Source of the DNA: Bugula neritina
Lineage: Eukaryota > Animalia > Bryozoa
Direction of reading: 5' to 3'
NCBI GenBank assembly: GCA_964035545.1
Contig: CAXIUT010000018.1
Location: forward strand, 1 to 21,023
DNA: 21,023 nt
Below are positions 11,436 through 21,023 of the stretch, piece after piece. Below the pieces are notes generated by a model. That model was given only the letters and a program-made list of their open reading frames with translations. It had not been told where the DNA came from and did not search any database. The position numbers were made by a program, and so were the translations under genes. Position 1 is the first letter of the stretch; each line of letters starts with the position of its first letter.

Positions 11436-12992
11436 ATGAATAGAATAAATAAACCAATGAATAAACTTAAAATGAACTCTACTTCACTAGTAAATAACAA
11501 ATGGGTTAAATCAACTACTATTAACTAATCTAAAACAAAAAATAACCCTTATCACTCACATAGTTTTGCTGAATTAAATCAGGTCAAAAAGTCAACTTAA
11601 AAAAATAGAGCAGATTCCTTTAAAATGATAAATAATCAACCAAATAAGATCATAACTTTGAGAAGAAGAAATTTACCATAAAATAATAGATATAAAACTA
11701 ACTATAGATAGTCTATTAGTAGTTTTAGAAAGTAGCCGAAAACTAATGAAGGATTATCATCTGGAAATAACTTTAAAACTCAAAAAGATTTTTTTATAAA
11801 ACAACTAAAAAATAAAATATTGAAAAGCGAGTAAAATAGTTAAAATAAATCAGAAAAAGATTTTATCTAAAACAAAAACATATAGACTTAAAGAATAGAA
11901 TTAAAAGCAAATTCTTCAAAGAAGAGATCAACTTAGTCTTTGAAGTTCATTGGAGAAAAGAAACGGTCGTAAGGATCTTAAAACAGTATTTTGTAAATAA
12001 AGCTAAAAAGTAAGAATAGTTATAAATAAAAGGGAGAAGAAGTAATGCGGAGTAGGTCAAAAACATTTAGAGACTTTTCTAAAATAATATCTTAGAATTT
12101 TAATGTTAAAAAATATAAAGAAGATTATGACCATTCGATGACTATCTAAGTGAACTCTATCGATACAAAACTAAAATTATCTCATTCATTATAGTAAATA
12201 GACACATTTGAAAAGAAAAGAGTATCACCTGGACATACCGCTCATTATCAATCTCTTCAGAGGTAAAATACAAAGCCACTCTCGAAATAGTAAAATTAGT
12301 AGAAATCATAGATCTAAACTGAGAACAAGACAGAAGTATACTAGGAAGAATTGAACAATCTGACAAAAGATTTTTTGCAATAGTGTAGTAAGATGAATGT
12401 ATCAAAGAATCAACTATACGAGAAATTAAGAAATAAATTGGTGATGCAGTATCCTAGCATGCGTAGACACTACTAGAGATATGACTTACCTCCAGAAGAG
12501 ACTAGTAATAAGATTAATAAGAAAGGCAGTAATATAATTAATCCTACCATTCAGTCGAGCATTCGACTATCTTATAATAACTACCCCTCATAAGCATCGG
12601 ATTATAATTATCTGACTGTTACTCAGGTTAAAGAGAAGACTGTATTTCAGTAAGGACATAAACAAAACAAAATTCTTAAAGATATATTTAAACATGCCTA
12701 TTTTTATAGTACGTCTAAGGGGAAAACATTTAATTAAAAGTATTAGAGGATGAACACTGAAGGAAATTAAGAGAGACACCTTAAAAATATTCAAAAAAAT
12801 ATGACCTTTCTTAACTATGTTGGTAAAAGAAATTGGAAAAAACAATTTAATAAGAGCAAAGTAAGGGGAAATAACTTATTCAAAAATCAATAAAGTATTT
12901 TACAACTAGAAAGGCAAGGTTCTCCTTAACAAGCTTTACTCAAAAAATTTCTAGACGATGCCGTTGAAACTTGTATTAGACAAAGTTCTTGA
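11436..12992 (+). CDS. Hypothetical K/N/S/E-rich low-complexity protein, ~518 aa
   Basis: 1557-nt TGA-free frame MNRINKPMNKLKM...KFLDDAVETCIRQSS-TGA. Confidence 0.75.
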
Positions 12993-13020
12993 CTATTTTT
13001 GATTGTTTATAAGTTTATTA

Positions 13021-13463
13021 ATGAACAAATCAAAATAAAAAGAAAAAGGAAAAGCTCTCAATAAGAAAGACAAGGAGAAGCTACGAGAAAGACATAGAAG
13101 AGAACTTGAGGAGGCCAGAGTCGAGCAGGAGAAAGAACAAGCTCGTCAGCAATGTATTTAAGTTATGATGTAGTGGATGTTTTAAAGAAGACTGGAGTTG
13201 TTAATGCCTATGAACAGTTTTTGAGGAGTATTTGTAAGAATGGATTGCCATAGCCGAGTAATGTCTATGAATTTGCTGCTCAATTCGTTTTAAAATATGA
13301 GAAGAAGATGAAAGATAAGCAGAGCAAGCGGGAATAGATCCTTGAATACAACTCATAAGCTCTTAAAGTCAATAATAAGCGATAGCCAAGTATAAAAGAA
13401 AACAGAAGATAGCTTAGCATAAAGGAAAAAGATGGGGAATCAGTCAGGAAGGGAAAAAACTGA
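13021..13463 (+). CDS. Small coiled-coil protein with a dimerization/docking (RIIa/DPY30/MYCBP-like) helix-loop-helix, 140 aa, one intron
   Basis: LKKTGVVNAYEQFLRSICKNGLPEPSNVYEFAAQFVLKYEKK after removing the 20-nt intron. The fold assignment is inference from the pattern only. Confidence 0.7.
13154..13173 (+). other. 20-nt intron (GTATTTAAGTTATGATGTAG)
   Basis: Removal gives ARQQ/LDVLKKTG; A at -6. Confidence 0.82.
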
Positions 13464-13496
13464 TACGAATATACATTGAGGTAATAATCTATTATT

Positions 13497-13574
13497 CATA
13501 ACTTTTGGTATTTCTTTTTACTCATAACTTTTGGTATTTCTTTTTATTTATAACTTTTGATATTTCTTTTTATT
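13497..13574 (+). repeat. Intergenic tandem repeat, 3 x 26 bp (CATAACTTTTGGTATTTCTTTTTAYT)
   Basis: Three near-identical units read directly. Confidence 0.9.
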
Positions 13575-13670
13575 TATATTAATTTTAAGATTATTTTGTT
13601 TGACTTGAATAAAAATGATTATATTGAAGATAATTTTAATTAATTCAATAGATAATTGATATAAAATCCT

Positions 13671-14735
13671 ATGAAGCAACTGTGCATTGTGATGTTGGGG
13701 ATCGTGTTGTCGATATCTACGGTGATACCTCATATTGATCCTATAGTTAGTCATAGTCCATTGACTTTCAAGGTGCAAATTGATGATCCTCCTCTGGTTC
13801 GTTGGAGGCCCATTCTTAAAACTTATAATTAGAGTCTTCATCACTTTGTTCATTTTATTGATTTATTGCCTATTCCGAAAGATTTCTATGATGGAGTTGA
13901 ATGGTATGCTAAAAATGAGTTCAAGTACCAAGATTTTGTTGCTTAAGTTGATGCTGTTGCTACATTGAGTGGAATACCTTTCTAGAAAGTGATGTTTCTC
14001 AATTTGCTATACGAATTTACAACTGTGAAGGCCTGCACTGGAATTATATTGAGAAATTCTGATGGCAAAATAATTCATGGACGTAATTGGGATTTCTAAA
14101 TGTACCATTTACTAGCCAATGTTATGACCAATCTTTAATACTACAAGGGAGATCAACTACTTTGGAAGGAAGATACTATCGTAGGCAGCGTCTTTTCTAT
14201 GACTGGTGTTAAGCCTGGATCATTTGGTATTAGTACTAACGCAAGGAAGCCAAGGTCTATGACTGATACTCTTATTAGTGTATTGAAGCAAAATAACATT
14301 CCGGCTCTTTGGTTGGTTAGAAAGGTGTTTTTGGAGGAAACTGACTATCAGAAGGCTACCTAGCGACTCAGAAACACTAACGTTTCATGTCCGATATATT
14401 TTATTGTATCTGGTTTGAAAGGAAATGAAGGAATGGTCATTGAAAAGGATACTAACGATACCAATGCCTATTATGAATTGAGTGACTATATGTGGTTTTT
14501 GATACAGACTAACTATGATCGAGATGAGGCAGATCCTTAGACTGATGCTAGGAGGGTTCCAACTGAGGTGAAACTGGGCAAGAGAGGGAATAGCAACTTT
14601 GGGGAGCAAACACTATTGGATGAGTTTATGTTCAAATGGCCCAACTTCAACATAGCTACTATTTTTACAGATATAATGGTGCCATCAAGTGGATACAAAA
14701 ATACAACTATCTGGTACGGATAGAATCCTCAGTGA
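13671..14735 (+). CDS. NAAA: NAAA/acid ceramidase family Ntn-hydrolase, 354 aa, signal peptide
   Basis: IDDPPLVRW; FVAEVDAVA; LNLLYEF..KA/CTGIILRNSDGKIIHGRNWDF (catalytic Cys codon at 14034); TGVKPGSFGISTNAR; YFIVSGLKGNEGMVIEK; WFLIQTNYD...DARR. No intron; ends TGA TGA. Confidence 0.92.
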
Positions 14736-14963
14736 TGATTATCAGCTATTCAATTCTATAAGTTAATAGATTAAATATAGAGATATTTAGAAGATAATAA
14801 TAAATAAATATTTATTCAATAGATGATAATAAGTAGATTTGAAAGTAAGTTAATTATTGAATATTTTTATAAGCATGGGATGTTATTCAGAATTATAAAC
14901 ATATTTATAAAAATGCACATTTGAAAAGCACTATATAAAAAAATTTTTCATTAAATATAAACG

Positions 14964-16430
14964 ATGCTTGATCTTCAACCAGAACAACCTTTCAATATGC
15001 AAAGCAATTAGATAAATTAGCAACTTAACTATCCTCAACTACTAAAATCAAAGCATAATTTAAGCAATATTCAAGTAGAGAGCAAGAATAAATCCCAGAA
15101 AAGTTAGATAATATTTGATCGTAAAAATTTATTAACTATATTTTTCAGAAACAATATAGTATCTAGAGCCCATTATAAGGCAGCAACTAACTAGAATCCT
15201 AATTATGAGAACTTTTATAATTTTTTATTGAAGGAAATGATATTTATTTAAAACCAAACAGTAAAGTCATAGAAGATAACTAAGATAAGAAGTTTAATCC
15301 TAAGAAAAGCAATGGATTAATACTGTTCTTCTACACTACCACAGACTAAAACAAATGAATAGCATTTATAAAAAATAAACAAAAGACTTAATAAAGAAGA
15401 CACAAGTCGATATTCTAGGGTAGGTCTACCTCTACCTTCATCAAGAATGAATTCACAATTTATCAATCAACTTTTTAGTCACTCTAAATTCAAATAGTTT
15501 TATTTATAATATGTTAAAACTCCTTCTTTACTACAATATCTATAAAAAATCAATAGAGTTGTCGTCAAAGCCTTTTAATCTAATTTAAAACTATTGGATA
15601 ATTAAGGAGGACTTGATCAAGTTATTGACAAGTATTTGAATGGAAGCAAAGTTCCTTTGTTTTATGTCCAAGTTAAACAATATCTTAAAGAAGCTAAGGA
15701 AATCGCTCAGGAAGTAGTCTAAAAAGGAACCTATCTCAAAAGAAAAACTAATAAGTAAGTATCGAAGAAGCAAGAAGTAGTCTAAAAAGGAACTTGCCTT
15801 TAGACAAAAACTAATAAGTAAGTATCGAAGAAGCAAGAAGTAGTCTAAAAAGGAACTTGCCTTTAGACAAAAACTAATAAGTAAGTATCGAAGAAGCAAG
15901 AAGTAGTCTAAAAAGGAACTTGCCTTTAGACAAAAACTAATAAGTAAGTATCGAAGAAGCAAGAAGTAGTCTAAAAAGGAACTTGCCTTTAGACAAAAAC
16001 TAATAAGTAAGTATCGAAGAAGCAAGAAGTAGTCTAAAAAGGAACTTGCCTTTAGACAAAAACTAATAAGTAAGTATAAAAGAAGCAAGAATAACAATCT
16101 AAAACGAGTTGTGGCAGTTAACCAAATAAGATCTAAGTTTAATTAGGATTATAAGTTTCATCGAAGTAATAATATATTAAGTCAATTGAAAAAACAATAA
16201 GATCTAGATGTTAAAAAACACTATCAAAATATGTTCATTAGTAATTATCTAAAGTGGTATCATAATTTGAAAGAACTAAAGATATTTAAAGAGCTAGATT
16301 AGGAAAAAGCTTATAAGAGTATAATAGTAAATTGGTTTTATCCTCGAAAAAAGGCATGACAATGGTTAACGTCAATGGAAAATATCACGAAGTTAATTTC
16401 GAATAAATATACCCAGAATTCCTCAAATGA
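14964..16430 (+). CDS. Hypothetical protein, 488 aa, with six 21-aa tandem repeats
   Basis: TGA-free frame MLDLQPEQPFNMQ...YHEVNFEEIYPEFLK-TGA. Confidence 0.78.
15708..16085 (+). repeat. Coding minisatellite, 6 x 63 bp (QEVVEKGTCLETKTNKEVSKK)
   Basis: Units start at 15708, 15771, 15834, 15897, 15960 and 16023; the central four are identical. Confidence 0.95.
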
Positions 16431-16439
16431 TCTTTTACT

Positions 16440-16470
16440 ATATTATTTATTATTTATTTATTATTTATTT

Positions 16471-16558
<88 letters not shown>

Positions 16559-16604
16559 TTATTTATTTATTTCAGTAATTACTCACAACCTTTTAATTGA
16601 CAAT

Positions 16605-16656
<52 letters not shown>

Positions 16657-16810
16657 TTATTTATTTATTATTCTATTTCAGTAATTACTCACAACCTTTT
16701 AATTGACAATATTATTTATTTATTATTTATTTATTTATTTATTTATTATTTATTTATTATGCTATTTCAGTAATTACTCACAACCTTTTAATTGACAATA
16801 TTATTTATTT

Positions 16811-16866
<56 letters not shown>

Positions 16867-16888
16867 TTATTTATTTATTTATTTATTA
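16440..16888 (+). repeat. Compound repeat: (TTTA)n microsatellite interrupted by three identical 36-bp cores
   Basis: Core TTTCAGTAATTACTCACAACCTTTTAATTGACAATA at 16570, 16676 and 16765; lies between two convergent stop codons. Confidence 0.93.
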
Positions 16889-16912
16889 AATATCAAATAT
16901 CAAATATCGATA

Positions 16913-18814
16913 TCACATTTTGACTACTTTGATGACAACCTATCCTTATTTAGTTGCGTATATAATTTTTTTTTCTTTCAAATAAACTCGATTGATTTCC
17001 ATTTATTTTTGACTATCTATTATCTCCAATGATTTATTTTAATCAAACTTTGCTAATAGATTTGATTTATTTTTATTAAATAGTAAGTACAAGCCATTTC
17101 TATTCCAATAATAATGATTGAGCTGATCATTTGAAATTATTTTATTTTTGACTTTTCTAAATTATTGATTAAGAATAGTCATTTATCCATTGTTTAATAG
17201 GTAGAAGAGTTTGGAAGAGGGATCTGAGATCCAGTTGGTGTTATTTTTGGTGCTATCTTTGTAGAGGTTGATAAGGTAGTTTTTTTTTCTCCAATCTACT
17301 CCGAATAAAGTCCCATTCAGACCTATATACAACTATTTATTTGACTTGCTAAAAGGAGTAAAATTACCCTAGACTTGTAGACTTGAAACTGGTATTCTTT
17401 TTTAGATATCGAATGACTTGAGTCGTTGGTTTTTGAAGGAGATGTTGATTTGGTTATTTCTATCGCTTTATTAAAAGACAAGAGGAATGCTATCAAATTT
17501 ACAAAAATAGTCTTTATCAAGGGACCTAAGGTAGTGATCTCTTGTACTCAAGTAAATCCCACCAGCAATAATGCTCATGTGTTAAATACCTGCTCTAAAT
17601 GAAACTACGTTTTAGTGATGATACTGTCCCTATTCCTAATAGATTCGATTGATACTATAATCTAGAGACGACGTATAGATGTGATCTGCCACCAGAATAT
17701 TTGTTACTTTATGCTTATGTACTTGATGTTTGAATATGGTCTGGCTAGGTTTAGTCAATAAATCTGGAGGCTCTGCTTCAAATATTTTTGATAAACTTTT
17801 TGCATTATTAGACCTCTAATACATCTATGAAACCACCTCTTTCTTTGACATCTATGGCAATATCTCTTTCTTCCATGTCTACGAAACCACCTCTTTCTTT
17901 GTTATCTATGAAACCACCTCTTTCTTTGACATCTATGACACCACCTCTTTCTTTGACATCTATGACACCACCTCTTTCTTCCATGTCTATGACACCACCT
18001 CTTTCTTGGATATTGATTTTTTCCTATTGGATAGCTCCTTCCTTTCATTGATCTTTGAAGATGATTATAGTTTTTTGGATGATTTGCTTTTAGATCGGTT
18101 TGTTTTGTTTTTATCTACAAAAGAATGGTTTCTATTCAGAGGCAATTCGACTGAAAGGTTATTGCTATACTTTAAATGCTATGTTTGAATATGATTTTCT
18201 CTACTTATGGCTTAAATATGCTTATTTTGATTTTATTTGGTGAAGTAGACTTTGCTTTTCTACGTCAGATTGCTGCTTTTCTACGTCAAGTTGTTGGTTT
18301 TTGACGTCAGGTTGTTGGTTTTTGAGATCAAGTTGTTGGTTTTTGACGTCAGGTTGTTGGTTTTTGACGTCAGGTTGTTGTTAGCTGGTGAAAAATGGCA
18401 CTTTGATGCTATTTGTTGAAGGTTTTTCGTTAGTTGGTCCAACTTCAACATATATTCATTGCCTCTGCTGGCCTAGAATTGGTCTTCTAGCAATGATAAG
18501 GGACCCATCCTTGAAAACTATTTTGTTATTTATAGAGAAGATGGTACTAGTTCTTTGAGGGTGTTTTTGAGAGATTGGATGTGTTGGTGTTGAGAGGTTT
18601 ATTTTTGTAGTTCACATTCTTTGTTATACGATTGATGTGATGAGGATTGGTGCTTTCCTGGTAAAAGGGAATGGTTTTTTCCTGGATGAGGAGATTGCTG
18701 TTTTACTGGATGAGGGGAATGAGTTTATTGAGACTGTTTTTGGAAGGTGGTGAATTATTCATTGTTCTGGCTCACTCTTACCTTTCGTTAGTACTATTTT
18801 TGAATTCTTTTCAT
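16913..18814 (-). CDS. Protein with a repeat-rich N-terminal half and a divergent WD40-like beta-propeller C-terminus, >=633 aa (may extend to 20301)
   Basis: TGA-free frame MKRIQKEYERKV...(NNLTSKT)n...(KKEVVSEMS)n...HKHKVTNILVADHIYTSSLDYSINRI...IIYATKEGEVVIKVVKM-TGA. Confidence 0.75.
17821..18007 (-). repeat. Coding 27-bp repeat x~7 (KKEVVSEMS)
   Basis: Direct reading; in frame with the WD40-like gene. Confidence 0.9.
18255..18381 (-). repeat. Coding 21-bp heptad repeat x~6 (NNLTSKT)
   Basis: Direct reading; in frame with the WD40-like gene. Confidence 0.88.
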
Positions 18815-18835
18815 TGCTATCTATAAAAAGTGAAT

Positions 18836-19126
18836 ATTAACTTTTGAAGATTAACTTTTGAGTATTAACTTTTGGATAATAACTTTTGAAGATTAACTTT
18901 TGAGTATTAACTTTTGGATAATAACTTTTGAATAATAACTTTTGAAGATTAACTTTTGGATAATAACTTTGAATAATAACTTTTGAGTATTAACTTTTGA
19001 GTATTAACTTTTGGATAATAACTTTTGAATAATAACTTTGAATAATAACTTTTGAGTATTAACTTTTGAGTATTAACTTTTGAGTATTAACTTTTAAATA
19101 ATAACTTTGAATAATAACTTTTGAAT
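18836..19126 (+). repeat. Tandem array of ~21 x 14 bp (TAACTTTTG+AAGAT/AGTAT/GATAA/AATAA), three units 13 bp
   Basis: Counted AACTTT cores directly. Confidence 0.92.
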
Positions 19127-19284
19127 ATCGAACAAATAATACCAGTAATAATAACAGGAATAGCAATAATAACAGAAATAATAATAGGAATAGTAATAAT
19201 AAAAGTAATAATAATAACAGGAATAAGAACAGAAATAGCAGAAATAATAACAGTAACAGTGATAATAATGAAAATAAGAATAAA

Positions 19285-20301
19285 TCATGGTTTTCTGGCA
19301 GTGGTGTTGGTGGTGGTGATATTTTTGGGTGAAAATATTCCTGTTCTGGTCTTTGCAGATATTATATTATTTTTTTTGATGGCTCTTAATGGATTGTATT
19401 TATAAAGATTTAATTCTACTGTAATGATTATGTTGTTTGATTTTACTTTATAAAGTTAAATAGTATTTATTCTATTATCTTTTGTTATTATTATTTTTTA
19501 TATAACTGATCCACTAGTCTGAGCTTTGAATATATTGAGTTGAGAGAAGGAAGGGGTTTTCTTTTGTTTTAGTTGTTGATTTTTTCATTTTTCTATAAAA
19601 ATTGTTGGCCAAGTGTTTGTACTCTTTTTTTTAATTAGATTTATCCTTACTATCTTTCTTTTATGATTGAGTTAGTCTCATTTAGTTCAAATTCATATCT
19701 ATTTTACTTTTTTATTGTTTCTAAATCAGTAAGTTCAGGTATTGGTTCATTCTTGGGTTGAGGTTGTCTGAGGTGAACTGAATGGTTTGTTCTTGGTTGT
19801 TTTGTTGGGTGATCGAGTTGTTTATTTCGTAGGAAATAGTTGAACTTTTTTTAGACCTTGTGCTTTGACTGGTTCTGGTGGACCTATTCGAGAAGTAGGT
19901 GTTATGTTGAGATTGAGAAGTTCGAGGTCTGCTGATGGTTTGCGTGAATAGTTTTATTCCTCTTTTGGATGATTTAGATTGTTTTTTTCTTTGGTATTTG
20001 ATGAAATGGAGTAGGTCTTGTTGCTAGTCGATAGTCTACAGTCCTCTATATTTCTATGTGTATTATGAAACTTAAATAGTGATTGAATACATTTGGTTTA
20101 AATGCTATGGGATTGTGATTCTATTTTGAATATTTTAGGTTTTATTCTGTTCTTTAGCATCATCCTGCGAGTGCTATCTTTCACATAGAGCTTTTGACCT
20201 CCAATTGCCTTCTAAGTGTTTATCAAATGTCTTGTCTACTCGCCTAAATCTATCGTCTGCTTTTCTTTTCTCATCGATTTAATAAAATTATATTATCCCA
20301 T
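19285..20301 (-). CDS. Hypothetical low-complexity protein; 3' end unresolved (separate gene ending at TGA 19285, or the N-terminus of the WD40-like gene)
   Basis: ATG 20301 (or 20274), then a candidate 20-nt intron at 20071-20090 giving ...IETK/FSEYTEKYRGLETIDEQQDLLHFIK...SRPRTSQSQ.... This strand is G-poor, so several frames are open. Confidence 0.5.
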
Positions 20302-20413
20302 CTAATCATTATCTTACAACTTTTTATCTTCATGCCATTTATTCACAACCTTATCGCTATTTGTTGCTCTTTGTGACTACTAATCTAAATATTATTTAAT
20401 AATAGGATTATAG

Positions 20414-20893
20414 ATGAAGAGTTCAGGTGGATTTTAATTGGTTAGAAACGAGTAGAACAGTATTTAGCAGAGACCTAGCGGTGTATTTTAGTATTCTAAC
20501 TATGAACCAGTTCCATTGGCTAGTTTCAAAGGCAAATCATAACAAGCATTACAATTTTATTCCAGTTAAGTTAATAAACTAACATACTAAAATGGTCTTC
20601 TAAATAAAGATTTGAGAACGGTTCTGCAGGAAAAGAAAGAACTGGCTGATATTGTAGCTTCTTTTAGGTAGGATTAGAAAGAAAGTGATGAGGCTAATAA
20701 GCGAGTCAGGAGGTGTGCTAATGAAATTTCTAGGAGTTTTGTCTGTGCTGTCAGTGGTTGTCAAAAATCTTATGGCAGTGAGGGGTCCATGGCTCAGCAT
20801 ATGAAAAGTAAACATCCTGGAATCATGTAAAATTAAAGTTAAAAAAAGTTGTCTAAACTTAAATAAAATAAAAAAGAAATCAAATAAGAATGA
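20414..20893 (+). CDS. Single C2H2 zinc-finger protein with upstream coiled coil and basic region, 159 aa
   Basis: KRVRRCANEISRSFVCAVSGCQKSYGSEGSMAQHMKSKHP (C-x4-C-x12-H-x4-H), a motif type common in ciliates; TGA at 20891-20893. Confidence 0.9.
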
Positions 20894-20942
20894 TTAAATT
20901 TATAGTTCAAATTTATTCAATAACCATCTACAGTCATTGATA

Positions 20943-21023
20943 GGGGTTGGGGTTGGGGTTGGGGTTGGGGTTGGGGTTGGGGTTGGGGTTGGGGTTGGGG
21001 TTGGGGTTGGGGTTGGGGTTGGG
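20943..21023 (+). repeat. Right telomere (GGGGTT)n
   Basis: Tandem G4T2 repeats running to the sequence end. Confidence 0.97.

Noticed and set aside
16570-16800. CRISPR-like array (36-bp repeats)
   Set aside because: The spacers are TTTA microsatellite, there are only three repeats, no cas genes, and the context is eukaryotic.
17829-17925. AAACCACCTCTTT resembling the Tetrahymena chromosome breakage sequence (TAAACCAACCTCTTT)
   Set aside because: It lacks one core A and is explained as the antisense of the coding KKEVVS repeat; true Cbs sites are removed from macronuclear DNA.
18821-19142. 322-nt repeat-expanded intron (GTATTA...TTTATAG) on the - strand
   Set aside because: Phase-compatible, but it lacks the -6 A seen in all well-supported introns and would force a ~50-aa poly-Leu/Phe exon.
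19135-19332. + strand Asn-rich frame ending KSWFSGSGVGGGDIFG-TGA
   Set aside because: No ATG, and closed upstream by TGAs in the 14-bp array; no supportable upstream exon.
173-20815. Supplied standard-code ORFs
   Set aside because: Most are antisense or off-frame shadows, or fragments cut at TAA/TAG, which are sense codons here (e.g. 20600-20815 is antisense to the zinc-finger gene; 9215-9497 is antisense to the SURF2 acidic tail).
183-20893. Standard ciliate code (UAR=Gln) or split code UAA=Lys/UAG=Glu
   Set aside because: TAA and TAG each fall on conserved Glu positions (GSEGG, HEKL, FVAEV; GHE, GEI).

Overview
AT-rich eukaryotic DNA from a ciliate macronuclear genome, with (CCCCAA)n/(TTGGGG)n telomeres at both ends and a third telomere tract inside the window (8447-8521). 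The supplied standard-code ORF track is mostly misleading. Hand translation shows TGA is the only stop, and both TAA and TAG fall on conserved Glu residues (WDR34, SURF2, NAAA-like amidase, UDP-Gal transporter). This is the peritrich-type UAR=Glu code (NCBI table 30), not the usual ciliate Gln code. Under that code the window holds about 14 tightly packed genes. The left part (1-8446) has a nucleotide-sugar transporter with three 1-nt frame breaks, three hypothetical proteins and a >1000-aa TPR protein cut off at the internal telomere. The right part (8447-21023) is a telomere-to-telomere 12.6-kb multigene molecule with SURF2, WDR34/DYNC2I2, an NAAA/acid ceramidase, a DD-like protein, a WD40-like protein, a C2H2 zinc-finger protein and hypothetical proteins. 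The most striking pattern is a set of 19-20-nt GTA...AG introns, all eight with A at -6 and a pyrimidine at -5 from the 3' end. All translations and family calls were made by eye, without searches.
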